From assembly GCA_907165135.1 (NCBI GenBank), contig OU015569.1, positions 8,370,001 to 8,434,000 of the forward strand: DNA of 64,000 nucleotides, in the 5' to 3' direction. The notes under the pieces are model-generated. The model worked only from the letters and a program-made list of their open reading frames with translations. It did no database searches and was not told where the DNA came from. The translations under genes and the position numbers were made by a program. This stretch comes from Oikopleura dioica. Taxonomy: Eukaryota > Animalia > Chordata. Shown here one piece after another: positions 12,263 through 24,807 of this stretch. Position 1 is the first letter of the stretch. Every line of letters begins with the position of its first letter.

Positions 12263-15200
12263 ATGCTAGTATTTTATATATTAGTAGGATGTTTTTCGCA
12301 TGAAATGCGTCCAGAAAGAGAATTCTTGTTAGATATCCAAAAGCAAGACTACTGGCATCGGTAATTGATATTATCATTTTTTTATTTAAAACGTCATCAA
12401 TAAGCCTATCTTAGAGATCAAATTTATGTCGGAAAATTACCAAGTTCCTTTGGATTCGGTTCTGCAACTGCTTCTTACCAAGTAGAAGGAGCTTGGGATG
12501 AAGACGGCAAAGGAATGAATATTTGGGATTGGTGGGTGCGTTACCCAATAACTCTTCCTGACGGCAATGAAGCCGAAAGATGTCGAGTAATGAATTGTGA
12601 TACTGGTGACATTGCTTGCGACAGTTACCACAACATAGGGTTAGGGTCGCTTTCAAGAAGTTTTTATTTACAGACAGTATAAACAATTAAAGGGATTAAG
12701 AGAACTTCTCCACGCACTCGCTGGTCGAGCTCTGAAAAGGGCGCGCGAGAGTAGCGAGATCGATCAGCTGGGGCACACGCAAGTAACGATGTAGGAGACA
12801 ATATTAAAGCTAAGTAGCCCATCATGAGCAAAAAATGTCGGCCAAGGAATATCTACAAGGTCAATGAGGAATATTCCTGGAAGTAGTTCGTGTTGCAGAG
12901 CATCAAATTTGGACCATATTATCATGGTGTATGGACCATACGATATGGTCCATACCATACAGTAAGGTTAGGCAGTTCGGGTCAAGATGATTTTCAGATA
13001 AATTGAAAGTTTAGACTCAGTCTTGGTGGGTGGGAATATTAAGGGCTTGTCTGGTTTCTCTTATATTTTGGTTTCGATTTTTCGCCCTCTTTGGATTTTT
13101 CATCTCTTTGGATACGTTCACCGTCTCCAATCATCATGTTCTTATGGAAAGTTTTAGTCTCTCAGATCAGCTGGAAAAGGATAAAAGGTAATAAGAGATT
13201 AGATGGATGATTAAAAAAGACTTTTCAAACGGAAGAGAAGATCACAAGACAGCTGGATTAAAATTTGATTACAATAGGATGAACTTTGTCACCCGCTGGG
13301 GGCAAGCGAATCCCTCTTACCCCCATTATACCTACCGGGTGTGCCCATCTCCTACCGCGTTACTCGCGTGTGCCTCAGCTGCTCCACCCTCGCGCCTCTC
13401 GCGCGCCCTTTTAGAATTCCCTCTAGCGAGTGCGTGGAGAAGTTCTTTTTTCCCAATTAAAGAAGCATGTATAAAAATGAGCTGGATAGATAAACTTATC
13501 TGTCAAAAAATAGTCTTTCAAATTTCAATTTGACCCTAACCCTAATATTGCTCGAGATGTCCAAATGGCTAAAGACCTCAACTTAGGATATTACAGATTC
13601 TCCATCAACTGGGCTCGATTATTCCCTGATGGCTATGTTAACCACGAACCTTTAGACGGCGGAGTAAACTATTATAACAACCTTATCGATGCTCTTCTTG
13701 CTGAAGGCATCCAGCCTATGGTAACCTTGTTCCATTGGGACTTGCCACTCAAGCTTCAAGAAGACTTCGATGGATTTGACTCTCCAAATATTCAACAAAT
13801 TTTTGCTGACTATGCAGAAGTGTGCTTTATATTATTCGGCGACCGAGTAAAGCATTGGTTCACTTTCAATGAGCCACATAGCTACTGCTGGCAAGGACAT
13901 GACACAGGAATGTTCCCTCCTGGAATGGGTGATATTACTGGTCGCAACTACTATAAATGCGCACACAATATGATTTTGTCTCATGCCTATGCATACAAAA
14001 GATATCAAGACAATTACTCGTCTCAAGGAGGTCTAATTTCAATCACAATTGACGCATTCTGGGCTGAGCCTGCTGATAAATGGTCCGATGCTGACATTGA
14101 TGCTGCCCAACGTTACCTTGTGCATACTATTGCTCATTATGTAGAACCTTGTAGGAATATTTAAAAATAGTAAAAATTTATTTATTTTTTAAGTTTACAA
14201 TGGAGATTACCCTCCAGAAATGATAGAGCGAATTCAAAGAATTTCCTTGGCTGAAGGACTTGAAGAATCTCGACTCCCATCTTTTACTGAAGAGGAGAAA
14301 TCTGTACTGGAGGGCTCTATTGATTTCTACTCCCTACAGATGTATACTAGTCGAGAAGTTAGCGCCGTACCAGAAGACTCGCAAGCGTATTTAGATCTTA
14401 AGACAAAAGTGGAGAAATTTATTGAAGAAAATAAGGGTACAGAAAGAAAGGATCTTGCAGATCTCATTCAGGAATTGGCGTATTGGTTCCGTCCAGGATG
14501 GTATGGTGATATTGGCGCTTGGACAGCAGTCGACTTAGAATGGGAATCTGCGGAGTCTTCCTGGCTTCAGCATACTCCTTGGGGCCTGAGACGAATGCTT
14601 AATTGGGTTCACCTACGATTCCCTAACTCGGGTGGCATCTGGATAACTGAAAACGGATGGTCAGACACTGCAGACAAAACTGATCCACAACGATTTATGA
14701 ATATATATCAGAGCTTCAACGAAATTTTAAAAGCTATCGAGGTTGACGGAGTAGAAGTCCATGGAACGTGTATTTGGAGCTTGATGGACAACTTTGAATG
14801 GACAGCTGGTTACAACGATAGCTTCGGCATGTATCATGTTGAATTCGGAGAAGAAAATCCAGAAACTTGGGCGAAAACTTCTGTACCAAGAGTCGCTAAC
14901 CTGATTGCAGACCCTAGCTTTGAAGATCCAATGCAAATTCTCGAGGATACTTTCACTTTTGGATATTTCCCTGCCGATTTTGTTTGGGGAGGTTATTCAA
15001 ATGCCTACGAAACAGAAAAGAGAGGACAATCAGAGCAAACTGGAGAGACACTTTGGGATGTTCATCAAGTTCATTTAATAGAGAGTAGTGAAATCGAGCT
15101 CACGAATCAGTGGACGCCGCCAACTCTCGCAGCAGATACTTTAAATCACATCCGAGAAGATATACAAACCATCAAGGATCTTAAGTTAAAGTCCTACACA

Positions 15201-18200
15201 TTTTCTGTCTCTTGGAGTCGTCTCTTCCCTAATGATGACACCACATTGTCTACTTTTCAACTTGATAAATACGTTGAGCTCGCAGAAGGTCTCAAAAATG
15301 CAGGAATAGAACCAATTATTGCTCTCTACAATTGGGATATGCCTCAACGTTTCTTTGAAAATGGTGGAAATGGATGGGATGGAGATGTTGTTGGTCGCAT
15401 TCTACCGGCTTTCCGAGATTATACAGACGCAGTTGTGAAGGAATGGTTTCTCATATCAATTTAAAGCACTTAGTTCAACGATTATTATGTTCCAAGATAT
15501 AAAAGCAGAGTGAGAAATTTTGAAAAGGCCACGCGTCATGTCGTCAAGAAGTTTATTCCCTTCCAGAATGTTGGACGGGAAGTATTTGACGGATACACCG
15601 ATGTCAATTATCCCCCAAAGAGTGCAACATCTGAGAACTCTGCTCTTAGAGTATTTAGTGTAATTAGCAATATCTACCTCGGTCACATTGTTGCTCACAC
15701 TCAGGTCAGTCTTGAACGAAATCGAGCATATTTTGATTTCTATTACAAATAGATAAAACGAAACTGCGGAGACTGTGAAATTGGATTTGCTTTTGATCCT
15801 CACTCTTTTGTTATTCCAGCCGATGAAAACGACGCACTAGACGTAGCTGCCTCTCGACGATATAATGATTTTGTTTCTGGTTCTCTTCTTCTTCCGATGA
15901 CTGAAGGAAAATGGCCGGAATCCGTTACAGCTACCTTTCCGGATTTAAACCCTCCTTCCACAGTGAATGACCCCGGTCTCTTTGATTTCATTACTGTCAG
16001 CTATGAAACTACCGGACTCGCGACTTTCGCTGATGAAGTCTACTTAAAAGAAGGTGATGTTTCTACTTTGTCGTCACATGGAAATTTTTGGGATGCAGTT
16101 GGAGTAAAAGTATGTTATTTCGCATTAGAGCTCAAACCTCACATAGGGATTTTTTAAGAGATACAACGACTTCATAAGCTATCAATCAGCAAAGAAAGAA
16201 CAAAGATACAATCCAAAAGGCTTCCATGAATTCATCAACGCCTTCCTCCCAGAGAATCTTGGCAGTCAAAAATTCTCATTGAATATTGAATGGAGCAGTA
16301 CTTCGGATTATCCAACTAAACTAACAGGAGACTCTGTCATCCCTGAAGTCAATGAAGGATGGGGAATCGGCCGGTCTAAATATGTGAACGATGAGCATCA
16401 AATGTATTACTTCAGTACAACCATAAACCAGGTTCTTTATGCGGTCAAAACTGGCGTCTCAGTGACTGGTCTTTCTTTTAATGTTTTTGATAAATGGAAT
16501 TTCGGTTCAATGACACATACTGCCGACGGACTCGTTCGTGTGGACATGTCCAGCTCGAATCGTGAGCGAACAGTAAAAGACTCTGGTTGGTATCTTGCCG
16601 ATTTGATAGAAGTCAATGGGTATGAAGAGCGAAAACAGAATTGTTTCTACAAAGCAGAGCGGGATGATTTTTCGGGAGGAAGCTTTCCGGACGATTTCGA
16701 ATGGTCTCTCGCAACAGCATCTTATCAAATTGAGGGAGGCTGGGATGAGGATGGCAAGGGCTTGAACACTTGGGATGTGTTTTCGCACTGGCGCAAGAAC
16801 GATTCACTTGTCTCCGAAATTGAAATTGTTCCTGAGTGCAGAATCGATAACTGTGACAATGGTTCGTCTTAAAATTTATAAAGCTAGCATCTATTTTGAA
16901 TGTTTAGTATTCTTACAAATAGACTATTTGAAATAGTCAAAGTATAATTTCAGGTGATATCGCATGTGACTCTTATCATAAGTGGAGGGAAGACGTCCAA
17001 ATGATAAAAGATTTGGGAGTCACGCTCTATCGATTCTCACTCTCCTGGACACGAATTATTCCAACAGGCTATGTAGAGGATGGTATCAACCAAGCTGGAA
17101 TAGATTACTATAATAATCTTATCAACGAACTTATTGCAAACGGAATCGAGCCTGTCGTCACACTTTATCACTGGGATCTGCCTCAACAGTTGCATGACGA
17201 CTTCCGCGGTTGGCTGGATTATGAATCGGGCAAAATGGTAAAAGCGTTCGTTGACTTCTCCGATGTTGCCTTCAATGCCTTTGGCGATCGAGTCAAGCGA
17301 TGGATTACTCTTAACGAACCCGCAGTTCAGGCTCGAGAAGCCTATGGAACTGGAGAGATGGGTATGTGGAAACACCTAAAACATGAGGCTTATTTCATGA
17401 CTGATGATCAATAAAACTAGCGAACTATGATCTGCGATAAATCATCGTATAATAATCCGTTTTTCTAGCACCTGGATGGGTTGGACAACCTTACTGGTGT
17501 GGTCACACAATGTTACTCGCTCATGCAGAATCTTACCATCTGTACGACCAGAAATATCGCCAACAACAAGGAGGAATTATTGGTATCACTCTCAGCTCTG
17601 GATTCGCGGAAGGCCAACAACCTTGGGATCCTGAATATTGGCGATCAGCAATGTACGCAGTCGACTTTGATTTGGGTTGGTTTGCGGAGCCTATTTTTGG
17701 ATCAGGTAAAGGAAAAAGGCATGACCAGATATTAAAAAATTATAGGCGACTATCCGCAAAGAGTGAAAGACAAAAACGGAAACATTACTCTAAGCGATAT
17801 TATCCGTGATCTCGACGTTGATATCAAAGAATTGCCAAATTTCCCAGGAGATAATCTTGAGGCTCTCCAAGATTTCGTGCAAGAGTTTCTTGACACGTTT
17901 CTTCCTTCGTTTACAGAAGCACAAAAAGCAAGAATTCGCGGGTCATCAGATTTCTTTGGGTTAAATCACTATACGTCTAGTCTTTCTAAACCAAGTGATG
18001 GCTATCCAGGTCATGGAGGTGGTCATTGTTCTAACTGGCCAGACACAGGATCTGACTGGCTTCGACCAAATCCATGGGGATATCGAAAGCTTCTTCGCTA
18101 CATTAAGCAAGGGTTCCTACGCATTTATAAAGAAACATGCACTTTCATTCATTTTTTTTAATAAGATAAAGATATATAATAAGATAAAATAAGAATTCAT

Positions 18201-18803
18201 TATACATTCTATGCTTTAAAATATATCGAACTCTGATTCAAGCGAAAATGGAACAATCCACTTATTTATGTCACAGAAAATGGTGTCTCTGATCAAGAAG
18301 GGCCTGAAATAAATCTCGATGACAAGGCAAGAACAGACTTTTATCAAAATTACATTGGTCAAATGTTGCGCGCAATCAACGAAGACGATGTCAATGTTCG
18401 TATGTACACAGCGTGGTCATTGATGGATAACTTTGAGTGGGCAAGAGGATTCTCCGAACGCTTTGGATTACACTGGGTCGACTACACGGACCCAGAACGT
18501 CCTCGTTACAGGAAAGACTCTTCTTACTGCATTGAACATATCGCGCGAACGAACTCTGTGCCGGGTTCAAATACGACGGAGTATGAAACCTGTGGGAAGA
18601 ACTTGAAGGAGGGAGGAGTATCGACGGAAAATGACAACGATGTGAGTTATTTTCGCACATCCAAAAACGATAATATCAATAAGGATGACGGTCTCGGCGT
18701 TGGTGGAATCGTGGGTATCGCTGTCGGTTGCTTCCTGTTTGGCTCACTTCTGAGCTTCCTTCTCACCCGATTTTGCTGCCGTGATAAAGTCTCGTCTGCA
18801 TAA
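12263..18803 (+). CDS. GH1-B: type I membrane three-domain GH1 beta-glucosidase (lactase-phlorizin hydrolase-like), interrupted by a transposon at 12636-13544
   Basis: Exon 1 (12263-12360) reads [25 protein letters not shown], then GT-AG intron 12361-12414, then [21 protein letters not shown] in the first domain, degenerate middle domain, TLNEP/VTENG in the third. C-terminal [25 protein letters not shown]. Confidence 0.85.
12636..13544. mobile_element. Non-autonomous DNA transposon (MITE-like) with telomere-repeat-like TIRs
   Basis: TIRs TAGGGTTAGGGTC (12636-12648) and GACCCTAACCCTA (13532-13544). Diverged ~100 bp subterminal inverted repeats (~12701-12798 vs ~13348-13446). Central palindrome TATGGACCATA-cga-TATGGTCCATA at 12930-12954. 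Confidence 0.85.
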
Positions 18804-21800
18804 TTTTCTTATTATTGGCCCTGTCTAACTTGTACAATAAAGGAATACAAACTGTATTCGTAATATAAGAATCTGTCAATTGTTCACATGAACTCAAATT
18901 GCGTGATAATAGGATGCTTTCCGGCGTTGAAGTTTAATTTTCGAAGCAAATAAAAGCGATCTCCCGAGCTTCTGTTTATTTCTTTGTTAATATTCGTTAA
19001 GTGGTTAAATATTTGGCTTGATATGCGACGGTTCTCCCGCAAAGTTATGTAAGCTTTCAAGGCTTCTGTCTTGGAGACAATGGCCGCCCGGTCATTACGT
19101 GATTTCTCCTAGTCCCCCGAAGCTAGGCCATGGTCCATGGACTAGTTACAAGAGGAGAGTTCCAATCTGAAAAGGGAAATGGAGTTGCAAGAGTGTATGA
19201 AAATCGATCGAGGAAACACCTTCACTGCTTTATAAAACTCCATCAATATCATTGAATCTAAAAACATCAGCTGTAAATAGTAATTGAAAAGATGAAGTTA
19301 ATAAAAAAAAACTCATCTCGTTTTTGATGACCTTGATCATTTTAAATGAACGTTAATATTCATCCTAGTTATGACAGCTAATTTCTTGATGTAGCGCGGC
19401 AGTTGAAAGGACTTTCCCAGCTCAAGCGATGTCCTCCCTATGAAGGATAAAAGATCTTCATAAGACCAATCTCGGCGACGTTATTCGCAGAAAGAAAGAA
19501 TGACATTTGAATCTGAATAAAACTTGTGACTGATTTATGAGCCTGTCATTTTCATGAAGAAGTTTGCTTTCCAGACGCCCCAATGAAACTGACAGACGAA
19601 AACAACTCGGTGTGAGTGTGTCGCATGACTAAATCGCTTTTCAATCGTATTTTCGAGATTTAACAAATACACTCTGCTGCTGTTGTTCACGAGACGCACA
19701 TTCTGTGACCCTTGTAAGAATCTTACCAGCTTTGTGAAACTCAGCCTTTCTCTGGTGTCTGTCCTTTGCGTACGAAAATATTTGTTTTTGTTTATGCGAT
19801 AACCTGTCTCCTGACAGGCTATATCAATACTCTTCCGTCGATACTGATAAATTATCAGTGATAATCTTATCTTTTGAATATCTCACCAGGAAGATATTCG
19901 AGACAAACATACCGTCAAAATAAATAGGTTAATTAAAAACAAAACGGGTTTGTCTCCAGAAAAATATTCTCCTATCTACGGCCACTGATTTATCATCATT
20001 ATTTCAGTTTAATATTCGCGCTGAGCATACTGAATGTCTCATTGGCAGTATTACTAGTGCATAAAGAACAACTGCCTGGTAAAGCATTTTGCGTATGTCT
20101 ATTTCACTCTTCCGGAGTCATTATTCCCGAAGAACATCTTTACTACGCTAGTTGTATCGATCCGTGTGTTCGTGCCGTCAATGTCGAATGAATGACCAAG
20201 AAAATGAAGCGCTGATAGTGAGTATTGAGGCGAAGTTATTGATTAGCCTTGGGGAGGCGTTCTTGTCCAGCTCTACTACTTCCAGTGATCGATAAAAATG
20301 TCGAGCAGGCACGTATCGCGGAGTACTACCTGTAGTGGAGGATCTCATTCAGTGAGAAAGGGGCAATGATGGAGATTGAGCGCTCCGAAAATAAGTTGCT
20401 CTTAGGTTTCCGCAAATTGGAGATGCGATGATTGTACGCACTTGAGCACTGTGAGTAGATGGCCGCTAATTACGGCGCGAGAACTTCCCGGAAGTATGGT
20501 CTTATCATGTTACTCCCTCTGCCCCTGGGGGCTGCTCATGCTCGCCGTTGCAAGCATTGACAGCAGTGATGCGACTGGCGCAGAATGGAGAAATCTTCTA
20601 TTGTTGTGAAAACATAAAATCACCAATTTTGCCTGCCCATCGGGCACCTTCCTTCGCGGAAGTTGGTGATGGCTGTCCGTGAAATATGGCCCCCGCGCGT
20701 TCAGTTTTCGTTTCTGGAGGGGCCGAGTGCGGTAGAGTAGTGTGTGTGTGTGAGTTGAGTGCTGCGCGCGCCCGCCACGATATGAGCAGCGCCCCAACTC
20801 GCTATGTTTTCGAGTTTTTGAAAAGGCAGCAATATAATCATTTGGCATAAGCCCTGGGCCTTAGCGATAACAACGAGTGTCGCTACATCACAACAGTTTT
20901 TCCTATTCTTTTCCTCGAAGAACAACGGAGCAAGAGAGATTATCCACGAAAACTCTCATTCCTTCTACACACCCGGACAACTGCGAAAATTTCCTTGTTT
21001 TTTTCTAAGTAAGCAGGTTTCTCCCGCTTTGCAAATCTGGCCCTGGCGGAATTAGGACGCACTCGGGGAGGAACCCCAATCGACCCTCCTCATTGGCGAA
21101 GGAGAGAAAGCTCAAGAAGCAATTTTCCGCGAAAAAGAAAAACATTTCTCGAACACGACGAAATTGTTATTGTGTTCCTGGAGGAAACAAAACTGGCGGA
21201 AATTGGAAAACACTCTCTCAGGAGCAGAAAAAGCGAACGCAAGAAAGTCAAAACTGGCGAATCCGACGATGACCGCGATTGTGTAAGTACTCCTGTGATT
21301 TCTGTTCGCGCATTTACGAATTTAAAAATGCCCCCTGTCCTAAAGAAGCGCTATTTTGATGTTTTCAAGTAGCGATGCGGGGGAAAACGTAGTAAAACGA
21401 GAAATTTATTGTTACGCGCAGGTTTTTTTGCGTCCAGTGGCACAGTCCCGCACACTTTTCCCGCTCGGGTACTATTCTTTATTTATTGAAGGATTTTTTC
21501 GAAATGAATAGCCTGTGTGGTCAGGAGATTTACGACTTTGGACGCGTAATTCCTGAATGGAACGCGCCACTTACAGTTGATCTGGAATGTAAACAAAATT
21601 TCGAACCAGTTCTAGAATGCGCAACCCGTAGATGATAATGGGCCACCCCTAAGGGCGGCCCTGATCTCTCTTCAAGCAATTTCCACGAAGGGAACGAATT
21701 ATGAGAGGCTTTGACAAGTGTTCAGGTTCAAGAGCATTCTTCAAAGTGTTACTTAGGTGATATATTAGGGCGAGGGTCAATCAGTCACGTATACTTCGTT

Positions 21801-22239
21801 CGTTTAACACGTTTCTACTGACTTTTCCCTGTAATTTAGAGCCAGGAGCGGCTATAACAAGTTCTATTGTTTCATATTACTAAGAATCATCGAAATACCG
21901 CAGTTGTGGAATTCCAATCAGCTTATATACAGATGGGCGCAGTTTTCCAGCGCACACAGATCAGAGTTCCGGAAGCGCGGATAAAATGTCTTTCGGACTA
22001 AAACTTTATTTTCACTAAAATAGCTTTGGGAAATAATGCTTCTCTCCTCGACCTGTAGTTTTTTTTATTGTCAAGACCAAATTTCGCGAATATCTTCCAA
22101 ATTCTCTACGAATGACATTGACCGTTGGGAGTTTCTTTGGAGGATAGACAGTATTTACTTAGATTACGCTTCTCGCAAGTGCAAACAGTCGCGAGGCTTG
22201 TGACAGAAGCAGATTATTTGTATTTTATGTAACTTTTAG

Positions 22240-23506
22240 AGGCGATGAGAAACCAACAAAGACGGGTTCTGTCAAGAAGTATCGACCATCAAGACCGACC
22301 AAAAAGAAGTGAGTTCGGTAGACTCGATCTCAGCTTTAAATTAATTTGCTTGCTTCAGAATCTCCCCCAATGGTGACCATCTCTTTGTCCTGCAAATTGA
22401 GAAGACTTCTGTGCAGAAAAGCAGCAACAGATCCTTCCGCTCGTTGCTGAACTCTCTTCGCAGCTCTGAGAAGTCTTCAGCGAAGTCAAGCTACGATTTC
22501 ATCGAAGTCGACGAAACGAGCTTAAAGGCGTACAAAAAGAAACGAGGCGACAAGGAGAAATTGTGCCAGGAATTCGACCTAAAGCAGTGCCTCGCGTTCA
22601 AGTGAGTTTCCGACAATACTATTCTCTATCGTTTTGATTCGCTTTCATATTAGTGTTTTAGTTCCTACAATCTCATTCACGACAACTCGTCCATGCTACC
22701 GGATTTCGCATTCCGTGGTCGCTCGTGGCAACTCACTCTCTACGCGAAGGACGGAACATTCTGGCAGATCACATGCGACGGTGACAGCATCAGAGACATG
22801 GAGTCAGAGATCCGCAATCGAATACATCGAATTAAGAAGGCGAAACTCGGCATTTCGGATGAGCTGTTCGATATTGCATTCACTGGCACTGTTGAAGACG
22901 TAGAGATCCTTGATGAATACGAAAAAGATCCTGAACTCTCGCGCAACATTCTCGGTCTCAAGCAGTTTATGTTCAAGGCGAGTGGCAGCAGCTACAAAAT
23001 CGTGATCCGCGATCTTCTCGAGTCCGGAATCGCTCCAACCCTCGAGGAGCCTTTCCTCATCACCAAGAATCATGTCTACTCGCGGGGCTACGACAAGACT
23101 CAGATTTCTTTCAAGCTTCTTTCGAATTCTTTGTTGGGGAGTGCTTCTTTTATGGTAAGAATCTCATATGCGATATGAGCTAATATGAATTAAGGTGACT
23201 TGTACTTCGCCAAACATCATCGACCACGTGATTCGACCATTCCTGGAGAAAGAAAACCGTGGCATCACAACATCTTTCTCAGGCTCAGTGATGACTTCGC
23301 GTGGCTCGCGACTGAACCCTGAGCATGAGCGCGCGTTGCGGGCGCGAGAATACCATCGAACTCACGCTGGAAGCTTGCCTCAATACATCGAACTCAAGCA
23401 GCAGCGAGAACGTGCCGTCGCCAACTCTCTTGAGGCATCTGCCAAGTCAATGTCCTCCCCAGAAGCTATCAGCCTCAACGATTCCGGCGTTCCTCAGTCC
23501 ACTTAA
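22240..23506 (+). CDS. IRS/Dok-like adaptor with PH and IRS-type PTB domains (start uncertain)
   Basis: Spliced translation KTGSVKK..HLFVLQ..EFDLKQCLAFN..QLTLYAKDGTFWQITCD resembles the IRS1 PH domain. SRGYDKTQISFKLLSNSLLGSASFMV resembles the IRS PTB C-terminal half. Confidence 0.55.
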
Positions 23507-24807
23507 GACTAAAGTCAACGATTCCAGCTATACTCTAGCAAAGGGAGCGCTTTCCAAACCAACAACATGTCTTTCGCAGATTCTTATATCCCGGCGTTAA
23601 CCCATGTATATAGTTGACTACTTTTTTTCCTATCAATCTTGAGCTCAAAAAGATGTTCTCAAAATGTTGAGCTTGACCTTTCCATCCAGTTTCCATGAAA
23701 ATCCTATTACTCTTATAACATAAGAGCGCCATACTACGCTAATTCAGGGAATATGATTGTTTTTTGACAATCATATATCCAAAGATGCAAAAAAAAACTA
23801 AAAATGTACTATTTTTCCTATCTAGCCCATTTTCGTAGAAATTCGGTGCTCCTCTATTCGCTATATCTCCTCCAACCGGTGTTGGGTTATTCTTTTTTTC
23901 ATTTGATGGCTTTTGTAAGTTTCTTCTACAAAGTCAATCAAGACAAACAATGTGAAACGCCGAAATTCAACCTTTCTTGATTAATAGCTCCCTCTTCCCG
24001 AGTTAGTTATTAGTAACTATTTCAGTCTCTATATCATATTTTCGTTTAAGTTTTCTGGTTCCCCAAGAAGATGCTTTCTATCTTCGCCCGTTCATATTGT
24101 TCAAATTTAAGTATGACAACCATATATATTTATACAGAATTCTGGTATATTAATCAAATTCAAAAACGTATAATCTCTGCCAAGCACTCACTAATGCAGT
24201 AATACGAGAGATAGTTCACTAGAGTAATATTTGCGGATGCATTTTGATTTGAAATTCTAAGGCTTGTTTCTGTTCTACCGCACTAAAGCTATACAAATTA
24301 GCTCCTATTTCGGCCCGATCAAAGTAAAAAAATTCGTGCTATTTTATTTCGATTAGACAAATTGGTTTGCCTCGAGCAGACCCGATTCTACCATGATTCT
24401 GTCATGAATGAGGTAGTTCATCAAATTCAAGTGACCTCTGTACACTCATTTTCCTTAAATTTCCCACAATTCAAAACTCCCTTATTCTGACTTATGTTTC
24501 TACATTTCATTTCGAATTCTATTCCGGCACAAGTTTCCTGACCAGTGCAACCTGCTTGAATTATTCTAAGCATTCGTTGCTACTTCCGATTGTATGATAC
24601 ATTTCGTATCCCTTCTCTGCAATCTCTTATTATAATAAATAGTGACTATTGATTCAAACCAGGAACCGGAAGTGCCTAAAATGAAAGTAGGCGCTTCTGA
24701 AGATGAATTTGCGTTTCATTTATTAAGAATATTTGAATTTATAGGAAAGAAGCTTGACAGGGCAGAAATTGAAAAATAAATAAAGATTGGACGGTCACAA
24801 CTACTAC

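Noticed and set aside
18850-22200. Short ORFs and a short GT repeat (~20740) upstream of the IRS-like gene
   Set aside because: No motif or consistent exon chain; more likely regulatory or UTR sequence.
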